This document shows, piece by piece, positions 1 to 6,384 of a stretch of 36,152 bases of DNA. Source of the DNA: a virus. Lineage: Duplodnaviria; Caudoviricetes. The stretch lies in the IMG/VR virus record IMGVR_UViG_3300017766_000396, positions 1 through 36,152 of that record; one strand, written 5' to 3'. Numbering within the stretch: the first letter of the stretch is position 1; every line of letters begins with the position of its first letter. Both the position numbers and the translations under genes were made by a program. A model generated the notes under the pieces. The model did not search any database and was not told the DNA's origin. It was given only the letters and a program-made list of their open reading frames with translations.

Positions 1-123
1 CCATTGCATAGATTTGGTCACTTAATAATTTATGGACAGAATCTTTAATAGATGTCTGAAACTCTCGAGCACAAAGGATACGAGTAGGTCGCATAGCCGC
101 AATAATAAGCAAAGCCCTAGCAA
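1..123. repeat. Terminal direct repeat, copy 1 (circular assembly overlap)
   Basis: CCATTGCATAG...GCCCTAGCAA at 1-123 is identical to 36030-36152 and lies inside terL. Confidence 0.97.
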
Positions 124-256
124 TGCCCCAAGACTTAGCACCACCACGACCGCCATACAAAACCTTGTAACGAGCAGGGTCAAAAAGGATGGATAACTTT
201 TCAGGAAACTCAACCTTGGAGACAAGTTCCTTGAGCTCATTATTGGGCTGTGTCAT
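1..256 (-). CDS. terL: Terminase large subunit, N-terminal part (continues across the origin into 36029..34999; 428 aa in total)
   Basis: Hand translation from ATG at 256 gives MTQPNNELKELVSKVEFPEKLSILFDPARYKVLYGGRGGAKSWGIARALLIIAAMRPTRILCARE. It carries the Walker A GGRGGAKS and joins the 34999..36141 ORF in frame. Not in the ORF track. Confidence 0.93.
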   Translation of the reverse strand, partial: MTQPNNELKELVSKVEFPEKLSILFDPARYKVLYGGRGGAKSWGIARALLIIAAMRPTRILCAREFQTSIKDSVHKLLSDQIYAM

Positions 257-653
257 TAGGCTTTACAAAAGTTACTTGAATACCAGTTAATTCCTTGCCT
301 TCAGGACCACTAAGTTCTTGTTTGACTGTTTCAGACCACTTCATTTGGCTCTTAGTCCACCAAATCATGGCTGTAGTATCACCAGCCATAGCTTTTTGGA
401 ATAAACCACGACCAACTTGTGCATTAGCCTTGGCTTTGCCTTTAATAAGCTCATCGCCAAAATGCCGCCTTAAAGTAGCCAAACTAATGCCAGTTCTAAT
501 AACAGCACATATTTGTTCAAATGGAAGCCCATAACCACTTAATAACTCAACTTGGGCTTTTTCATCTTCAGTAGGCACAAATGGCTCACGACCCGCATTT
601 TCACGAGCTCCGCCCCATTCCCCCTTTTCTACCATATCTTTTTCAAGTTGCAT
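240..653 (-). CDS. terS: Terminase small subunit
   Basis: WGGARENAGR N-terminus, HTH-like segment and ELSGPEGK C-terminal motif; overlaps the terL start by 17 nt. Confidence 0.8.
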   Translation of the reverse strand: MQLEKDMVEKGEWGGARENAGREPFVPTEDEKAQVELLSGYGLPFEQICAVIRTGISLATLRRHFGDELIKGKAKANAQVGRGLFQKAMAGDTTAMIWWTKSQMKWSETVKQELSGPEGKELTGIQVTFVKPNDTAQ

Positions 654-1521
654 TTTTTAACATTTCCTTTAATTCTTCGCTTTTTACTTCAGGTTTGACT
701 TGAACAAGTTTAATTTCATAACTATTTTCCTTGATTTTGTCCCAGTCTATATCCTTTCGCCTTATTAGTTTGGCATCAAACTTTTTCCAAGCATCTTTAA
801 TAATATGTTGTGGTCTATCAAACCTACGATTAACAGTAACAACTCCAGGCCATAGTCTTTCCAATGATCTAGCCATTTTTAATCTGCCATCACCTTTGTA
901 CAAGACTTCAGCATTACCACCTTTCATGGTCATGGTAGCCATTTTGTCTATTAAGAATACATTAAACAAAACTGTACATAAGCCGCCACTTAGTACCTGT
1001 AAGCATAGATCAGTATCTTCGTTGTATCTACCTCGCCAACGATAGTCTATGTCATTCTGTATGCATAAACAGCTATAAACATGGACATTTAAGTTAAATG
1101 GTGGCTTTTTGCCTACAGCAAAGAATGTGTAATTTAAGCCGCCTATGGCTATATTTTCATAACGATTAATAAAATCTTCTGATGCTTTTAAAGCTATATT
1201 GGTATTACAGCGTATTCTTTTGCCTTTATGCAACCTACGAACCATATTGATATTGTCATCAAATATCCAATGTCTAGCGTAGCCAGCGGCTTTAGAGTGT
1301 TCCCATACCCAATTTCTAGCTGGAATACTACCTAAACCTAAGTTTTGAAATGGTAAGACTAATATCCTTTCCACCCCATAGATATCCGCATAAAGCTGTT
1401 TTTCTTGTGGTTCTACAACTATCTTAAAATCCACCCCATCTTCTACAAAGAAATTAGCTGTTAAACAACAGTCGTGCCTACCTTTGGATATTATGTAAAT
1501 AGGATATTCAGGCTTATTCAT
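643..1521 (-). CDS. GT-A fold glycosyltransferase, TET-associated (TAGT)/GREB1-like family
   Basis: Motifs YPIYIISKGR, ARNWVWEHS, HWIFDDNI (DxD-like), RYNEDTDLCLQVL and TMTMKGGN are typical of this family. Confidence 0.78.
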   Translation of the reverse strand: MNKPEYPIYIISKGRHDCCLTANFFVEDGVDFKIVVEPQEKQLYADIYGVERILVLPFQNLGLGSIPARNWVWEHSKAAGYARHWIFDDNINMVRRLHKGKRIRCNTNIALKASEDFINRYENIAIGGLNYTFFAVGKKPPFNLNVHVYSCLCIQNDIDYRWRGRYNEDTDLCLQVLSGGLCTVLFNVFLIDKMATMTMKGGNAEVLYKGDGRLKMARSLERLWPGVVTVNRRFDRPQHIIKDAWKKFDAKLIRRKDIDWDKIKENSYEIKLVQVKPEVKSEELKEMLKNAT

Positions 1522-2167
1522 ACTTTACTGAGGAAATATCTTCATTTTCCCGAGGTGGCCACCAGCAAGACCAAGTTGTGCCGCCATCTTTACCCATTTT
1601 TAATTTGGATAAGGATGCAAACTGCTCTCTATCTTCTTCAGACCTGAATTGAATGGCAATCTTAATTGGATCTTCTTTGGCTTGATAGTCAGGCATGCCC
1701 ACCCATTCAGCCGCTTCATTGATATTTGCTATTTCTTTGCCATGTCTTGTAACCATAACCAAGTTAGCAAGCATCATTTCATCGTAGCCAGTGCCCAATA
1801 GACCATCTATATCGTCATCCTTGACCTTTTTAAGGATTTCCGATAGTGACCTATCATCTATTTCAGCTAATCGCCCTACCTCGTTATCACCAGCCAAGAT
1901 TTTTAATGCTTGTGGGCTTTCAGGATCAATATCAAGCTTAATAATGCTAATTTCAGTCATACCAAGCTTTTTAGCGGCTTTAATAATGCCATGACCAGCC
2001 AAAATAGTATTATCTTGCGCCACCACAATGTTTTTATAAAACCCATTTTGCTTAATACTTTGCATTAAATGGGCTATTTGGTCATCATGATGCTCTCGAT
2101 AGTTTCTATCGTGATTTTTTAAAGTGTCTATTTTGACAATTTGCGAAGCATTAACCTTGGCTTTCAT
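1514..2167 (-). CDS. ParB/Srx N-terminal domain protein fused to a small C-terminal domain
   Basis: NYREH..QIAHLMQSIKQNGF..IVV...ILAGHG..AAKKLG...GDN is the ParB-N pattern; probable start is ATG 2167 (MKAKVN), overlapping the upstream small ORF. Confidence 0.82.
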   Translation of the reverse strand: MKAKVNASQIVKIDTLKNHDRNYREHHDDQIAHLMQSIKQNGFYKNIVVAQDNTILAGHGIIKAAKKLGMTEISIIKLDIDPESPQALKILAGDNEVGRLAEIDDRSLSEILKKVKDDDIDGLLGTGYDEMMLANLVMVTRHGKEIANINEAAEWVGMPDYQAKEDPIKIAIQFRSEEDREQFASLSKLKMGKDGGTTWSCWWPPRENEDISSVKYE

Positions 2168-2312
2168 CAATTTCCTCTGATTTGGCTGGTATTTGTGGCA
2201 AAGCTTGTCCATGAATCTTAGCTACTAATGGAGCACATTCCGAATACGGATTTTTACCAACGGAAGCCAAAACATAATTAATTTCTTCAAGGGTTAAATC
2301 TAATTTAATCAT
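2151..2312 (-). CDS. Small hypothetical protein (53 aa)
   Basis: MIKLDLTLEEINYVLASVGKNPYSECAPLVAKIHGQALPQ...; ATGA overlap with the upstream stop; below the track cutoff. Confidence 0.75.
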   Translation of the reverse strand: MIKLDLTLEEINYVLASVGKNPYSECAPLVAKIHGQALPQIPAKSEEIDESQG

Positions 2313-2665
2313 TTTTTACCTTTTACAGTTTTGGCAGCCATCTTAAATTCTTTAGCTGTAGGCGCATCTTTTGAGCCTGGTTTACGCATTTTTTCACCTG
2401 ATCCAGCTTTGATGCGTTCTTGTTTAGCATGTATATTGGCATATAAGCCAGGTTTAGTTGCCATAGTCTTACTCCTAGTTGTAGCCTTTTTAACGGCTGG
2501 TTTGCGTTTTACTGCTGTTTTAGGTGCTTTTTCAACTTTATCTAACGCAGACTGGTAAATCCTATTGCTTTCTAATGCGTTTTTTTGCATTTCTTTTAAT
2601 TCAGGAGGATAGTAATTAATCCAATACTTAAAAGATTGAATAACTTTTTTTAATGATTTAAGCAT
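2309..2665 (-). CDS. Basic hypothetical protein with an internal in-frame start at 2464 (MATKPGLYANIHAK...)
   Basis: Lys-rich ORF; ATG 2665 overlaps the groES end; AGGAG sits 7 nt upstream of the internal ATG at 2464. Confidence 0.65.
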   Translation of the reverse strand: MLKSLKKVIQSFKYWINYYPPELKEMQKNALESNRIYQSALDKVEKAPKTAVKRKPAVKKATTRSKTMATKPGLYANIHAKQERIKAGSGEKMRKPGSKDAPTAKEFKMAAKTVKGKK

Positions 2666-2969
2666 TTTCAGCTTCCACAAAACAAACATCTTGCCAAGAC
2701 ATCACCAAGTATTTAGTGCCATCTTCTTCATATTTAAAGTATTTTAAATATTCTTCGCCTGGATCATCATTCATAGTGCCAAATCGGATGCGAGCACCCA
2801 CTTCTATTGGCATATCTTCCCTGCGACCATTAGGAAGCTTCTTGCCAGGGCCTACGGCAATGACAGTTCCCATGTTTTCTACTTCTTTGTTTGCAACAAT
2901 AATTACGCTGGAAAGCTTTCTTACATCAGGCTTTACAACAATTTTGTCACCCATTGGCTTTAATCTCAT
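2658..2969 (-). CDS. groES: GroES/Cpn10-like co-chaperonin
   Basis: LKPMGDKIVVKP...GTVIAVGPGK...IEVGARIRF...KYLVMSWQDV matches the Cpn10 pattern. Confidence 0.88.
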   Translation of the reverse strand: MRLKPMGDKIVVKPDVRKLSSVIIVANKEVENMGTVIAVGPGKKLPNGRREDMPIEVGARIRFGTMNDDPGEEYLKYFKYEEDGTKYLVMSWQDVCFVEAENA

Positions 2970-3199
2970 GATTTCTTCGGCCTTCCTCTAGATTTTTTAA
3001 CATCAGGAGCAACCGAAGGTTCAGCAATAGACTCAACCAAAGCTTGAAATGCAGGGCTTGAAATGGAAAATTCACCGCACCAGCCATTGCTAGATGCGTT
3101 TATTGCGGAAGGGTATCTATGGCACATTCCCATGCCCCTATCGCCTAAAGAAAAAAATCGACAAGAATTACAACATTCTTTATCGTTTACATCAGCCAT
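2966..3199 (-). CDS. Small Cys4 metal-binding protein (HiPIP-like spacing) with an RGRP tail
   Basis: C10-x2-C13-x12-C26-x14-C41 with GWC; C-terminal KKSRGRPKK; GGAG upstream of the start. Confidence 0.7.
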   Translation of the reverse strand: MADVNDKECCNSCRFFSLGDRGMGMCHRYPSAINASSNGWCGEFSISSPAFQALVESIAEPSVAPDVKKSRGRPKKS

Positions 3200-3225
3200 T
3201 TAGTTCTCCGATTACTATTTGGTTA

Positions 3226-3259
3226 GAAAACCCTGTAAGCCTTCACTTATAGGGTTTTC
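3226..3259. terminator. Stem-loop, possible bidirectional intrinsic terminator
   Basis: GAAAACCCTGTAAG-CCTTCA-CTTATAGGGTTTTC with T-runs on both strands. Confidence 0.65.
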
Positions 3260-3271
3260 GCTTTTTAAAGC

Positions 3272-3508
3272 TTACTTCTGACCAGCATCTTCCTTGGCAT
3301 AAGCAGTACGCTTGTGCTCATAGCAAACACCAGCAGTACGACCAGTATTGAACAGCTTGTCAGATCCAACTGCATCTTCCATACCCATTGCAACACCACC
3401 TTTTAATGGCTCATGACGCTCACCTTTTGTATCAGCGGCATCAGCGCCTTTAGGCATTACACCACCTGTACGCAAAGGAATACCTTTGCTTGAATCCATC
3501 TTACCCAT
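3272..3508 (-). CDS. Hypothetical protein (78 aa), first gene of the packaging-associated operon
   Basis: Start at MGKMDSSK (3508), preceded by AAAGGA and downstream of the promoter at 3556-3583. Confidence 0.75.
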   Translation of the reverse strand: MGKMDSSKGIPLRTGGVMPKGADAADTKGERHEPLKGGVAMGMEDAVGSDKLFNTGRTAGVCYEHKRTAYAKEDAGQK

Positions 3509-3555
3509 AACATTTCCTTTTTTAGCTAAAAAGACTGCAAAAGCGCAGTTTCTTA

Positions 3556-3583
3556 ATTTTATGGTGATTTTAAGCCATGTCAA
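3556..3583 (-). promoter_or_regulatory. Sigma70-type promoter for the GroES/ParB/GT/terminase operon
   Basis: TTGACA-16 nt-TAAAAT on the minus strand, followed by a short leader hairpin (ACTGC/GCAGT). Confidence 0.6.
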
Positions 3584-3857
3584 GCATTTTAATAAGCCTT
3601 ATTGCGGCATCTACAGAATCAACTCTGCTTACCGCACCTCCTCGCCAATCTTGCATAAATTTAATTTGTGGTTCTGTAAAGGTGGCTTTGGTATCACGCT
3701 TAATTTCCACGAGGACAGACTTTCCCTTGTATCCGACAAGCAAATCAGGACAACCACGACCAACAGTTGAAAGATTAAGAACAGAAGCACCCAACGCAAT
3801 AAAGGTATGAATAAGCTGCTTTTGGTTTTCATCAACCCTCTTTTTGTAGTAAGTCAT
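3570..3857 (-). CDS. PD-(D/E)XK endonuclease (VRR-NUC/resolvase-like)
   Basis: VDENQ...GCPDLLVGYKG..VLVEIK...TEPQ..F...W.G. Confidence 0.8.
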   Translation of the reverse strand: MTYYKKRVDENQKQLIHTFIALGASVLNLSTVGRGCPDLLVGYKGKSVLVEIKRDTKATFTEPQIKFMQDWRGGAVSRVDSVDAAIRLIKMLDMA

Positions 3858-4119
3858 TTGTTTTTTCTACTAATTCCTCAGGGCTTATTCCCCAATAAGA
3901 TGTAAATCCTTTAGCCCCAAGTGCGTGATAACTGGAATTTCCAAGTCTATGGTGGTAAGCGCATAAGGGGACTGCAGGCGCAAGCGAACGCTTGCCTCCG
4001 TACCTTCGAATGTGGTGAATTTCCACTTCTGTATCGGTGTCGGTAATACCTTTTTGCCTGCACAATATGCAGCCCAGTCGTGCCAGTTTTGCATAATGTT
4101 CTCTTTCAGCTTTAGTCAT
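3832..4119 (-). CDS. HNH-type zinc nuclease (Ref/DUF968-like)
   Basis: GCILC...EIHHIR...PLCAYHHR...H. Confidence 0.75.
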   Translation of the reverse strand: MTKAEREHYAKLARLGCILCRQKGITDTDTEVEIHHIRRYGGKRSLAPAVPLCAYHHRLGNSSYHALGAKGFTSYWGISPEELVEKTNDLLQKEG

Positions 4120-4597
4120 CTAACCAGTCTTTTTCCTTTGGTGCGCACGTATTGTCATTTAAAGCATATTGTGGAACCCAAAACTGTGGATTTCGCCCAA
4201 TTTGCTTAACTTTCCAATATTCTTGCTTTTTAGCATCTTTACCCATTATCCAGCCACGAATTGTATAAGTTCCAAGCATTCCAGTTAAAAGATAATACTT
4301 TCGTTCATCTTTGTCCCAAGTGTGCATTTCAAGGTCGCCATCTTCATAATGAGTGCATCTTACATCCACATCATCAACATCAGCACCACCTTTTACGCCT
4401 TTTGACCAAAATTTGTTTAAATGTTTGGCTAAAGCGGCTTCAGCCAATGCACCTTTAACCATTCTGCCAAATAAATCATGCTGTGGCTCACCCGACCTAC
4501 TCCATAAATCATTGTTTTTTATGTTTTCTATGGCTCTTTGACAGCCAATTAAAGATGCCATTTGTATTTCAGCAGGAGTTAAACTAATTATGGTCAT
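4112..4597 (-). CDS. Hypothetical protein, possible PD-(D/E)XK-fold nuclease
   Basis: GALAEAALAKHL...ADVDDVDVRCT...IRGWIMG pattern; coupled to its neighbours. Confidence 0.55.
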   Translation of the reverse strand: MTIISLTPAEIQMASLIGCQRAIENIKNNDLWSRSGEPQHDLFGRMVKGALAEAALAKHLNKFWSKGVKGGADVDDVDVRCTHYEDGDLEMHTWDKDERKYYLLTGMLGTYTIRGWIMGKDAKKQEYWKVKQIGRNPQFWVPQYALNDNTCAPKEKDWLDD

Positions 4598-4742
4598 GGG
4601 CTATATCCTCTAGCTTTAAAGCATTTTCTACCAAAGCATTAGCAAATTTAATGGCATTTTCTTTATCTTGAGCCACCATTGCGTTGTAATAGGCTTGCAA
4701 TAGGTTTTTTACATTTAAATAAGGTTGGCTAAAGTCTTTCAT
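4584..4742 (-). CDS. Small hypothetical protein (52 aa)
   Basis: MKDFSQPYLNVKNLLQAYYNAMVAQDKENAIKFANALVENALKLEDIAHDHN fills the gap between track ORFs and abuts the upstream stop. Confidence 0.7.
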   Translation of the reverse strand: MKDFSQPYLNVKNLLQAYYNAMVAQDKENAIKFANALVENALKLEDIAHDHN

Positions 4743-5078
4743 TTACATATTTCCTTGTCTGCGGTTTGAAGATAAAGTGCGCCAAATATCAATAATGCGC
4801 ATTTCGTGGTTTCTTTGGTTATCCAAAGTTTTAAAGTTTTTAAAAGCATCAGCGTAAGCCTTAACAGCTTCTTCGTATTTAACGCTTGATAAAGCCTTTG
4901 CTTCTCTTTCTGCTACGGTTCCTTCGGCTAACAGGAAAGAATGGCTTTTAGCCTGTTTTAAGCCTTCCTCAAGGTATTTAACTTGACCAGCCCATGCTGC
5001 ATGGCTTTCATCAGTACTTGATAGCTTAATTAATGCTTCTTCTACACGATTTTCAGTTAATTGTTCCAAATTCATCAC
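4743..5078 (-). CDS. Helical/coiled-coil hypothetical protein
   Basis: Intact ORF in the operon; TVAEREAKA and IDIWRTLSSNRR segments. Confidence 0.75.
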   Translation of the reverse strand: MMNLEQLTENRVEEALIKLSSTDESHAAWAGQVKYLEEGLKQAKSHSFLLAEGTVAEREAKALSSVKYEEAVKAYADAFKNFKTLDNQRNHEMRIIDIWRTLSSNRRQGNM

Positions 5079-5296
5079 TTCCTCCAGTCATTTGCACTTC
5101 CCCGATTACCTTTACGCCATTGGTCATTAAAATCTTTTTCAATTTTGTGCCATCTTTTGTAAAGACCTGTATCTACTACCCACTTCCTAAAACCTTGTAA
5201 TCCGTGTTCTTGCCTAGCTTTTAAGCAATAACGCACATCACATTGATGCCTAAATTCTTCGCTATGCAACCAGTTTTCGCTTTTCACGTTGAGCAA
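5075..5296 (-). CDS. Hypothetical protein
   Basis: SEEFRHQCDVRY...QWRKGNRG..DWR; overlaps both neighbours; start uncertain. Confidence 0.65.
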   Translation of the reverse strand: MLNVKSENWLHSEEFRHQCDVRYCLKARQEHGLQGFRKWVVDTGLYKRWHKIEKDFNDQWRKGNRGSANDWRK

Positions 5297-6038
5297 TCAC
5301 AAAGTTTTTCATTTCCCAATATGAGTTAAACCTAGATTTAGCAGGATCACCACATTCAGCCCTATATGCAGCTTCTATTTGTTGATCGTTGCCTAAAGGC
5401 AGCTCCTTAGCCTTTTCAACCTCGGTAATAATCCAATCGGCTTTAAACCCACTCCAACCACGCTCACAACAAAGTTCCATGACAGATTGAAGTGACATAT
5501 TAGCTTTTGCTGCTTCACGCTGTAAGCCTTTTAAAACAGTTTCTGTAATGGGTGCTTTTTTCTTTTCCCTTAACTTTTTATAATCCTGAAAAACAGAATC
5601 CAAAACTCCGTTAGGAGTAATAGTCTTTATTATTGGTTTATGGTTATTGGTTATTGGTTTATGGTTAGCATTGCGTTCGGTATGCGGTTTTAATGCGAAC
5701 GCATCAGAACCCTTATCTTTATTGCCCCAGCGAGCCAATGCAGAAGCCCTAGCTTTGTCAGATTTACCATGATATTGAGCAATGGTTTCATCGCATCGTT
5801 TGTGTACATACCCTTTTTTGGTTAATTCAAAGAAGTCTGCAAGCACATTTTTAAGCGCAAGTTCTTCATCCGCATTGCGAATGCTATGCGACCGCATAAC
5901 CTTAGATATGTCACTAGGTAATGGTTTTTCATCCAAATAATAGCTATCCAAAAGTTGCCGATAAATACCATGCTCTAACAAACTCAGATGAGAAGTATCT
6001 TTTCGATAATCCGCTATATTATGTTGGTAATAGTGCAT
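5262..6038 (-). CDS. Replication initiator, YdaU/DUF1376 family
   Basis: MHYYQHNIADYRKDTSHLSLLEHGIYRQLLDSYY N-terminus; follows cro as lambda O does; internal iteron-like repeats. Confidence 0.82.
   Translation of the reverse strand: MHYYQHNIADYRKDTSHLSLLEHGIYRQLLDSYYLDEKPLPSDISKVMRSHSIRNADEELALKNVLADFFELTKKGYVHKRCDETIAQYHGKSDKARASALARWGNKDKGSDAFALKPHTERNANHKPITNNHKPIIKTITPNGVLDSVFQDYKKLREKKKAPITETVLKGLQREAAKANMSLQSVMELCCERGWSGFKADWIITEVEKAKELPLGNDQQIEAAYRAECGDPAKSRFNSYWEMKNFVIAQREKRKLVA
5631..5705. repeat. Iteron-like repeats, candidate replication origin inside the initiator gene
   Basis: Five TGGTT units at ~7-nt period (5631-5667), then three TGCG units at 11-nt period. Confidence 0.55.
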
Positions 6039-6039
6039 T

Positions 6040-6243
6040 TCAGTCCTTTGTAAAAAGGTCAGGTCGTGCCATATAACGATTAAACTTACCCTGAGTTGCA
6101 TCCTCCAGTTTTTTTAAGTATTTAACAGGAATGCCTTTAGCCCTTTCCCATCTATAGAATGTGGCTGGCTGTACACCTAGTAAGTTAGCAGCTTCTATAG
6201 CACCACCATATTCCGCCTTTAATTCATTTAAAAATAAGTTCAT
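6040..6243 (-). CDS. cro: Cro-like HTH regulator
   Basis: GGAIEAANLLGVQPATFYRW...IP......LEDAT.GK.....ARPDLF is the Cro/YdaS pattern; strong AAGGAGG RBS. Confidence 0.85.
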   Translation of the reverse strand: MNLFLNELKAEYGGAIEAANLLGVQPATFYRWERAKGIPVKYLKKLEDATQGKFNRYMARPDLFTKD

Positions 6244-6284
6244 AAAACCTCCTTAGGTAGAACTATATACCAAAACTAAATAAA

Positions 6285-6381
6285 AATTAAAAATATTTAA
6301 AAAAATTGTTTACTTTTGCTTAGATAGGTTTATATTGCTTATGTAGTCTAATTTTTTACAACAAATTGATGAAGGGAATTA
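6285..6381 (+). promoter_or_regulatory. Early promoter/leader module, copy 1
   Basis: AT-rich divergent intergenic region; blocks AATTAAAAATATTTAAAAAAA, TGCTTATGT and TGATGAAGGGAATTA are shared with 7388-7478. Confidence 0.6.
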
Positions 6382-6384
6382 CAA

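Noticed and set aside
1-123. Physical direct terminal repeats or att sites
   Set aside because: The repeat lies inside an intact terL and is best explained as assembly overlap of a circular contig
22-240. Hydrophobic 72-aa track ORF
   Set aside because: It is an alternative frame over the real terL N-terminus (ATG 256, GGRGGAKS) and has no independent support
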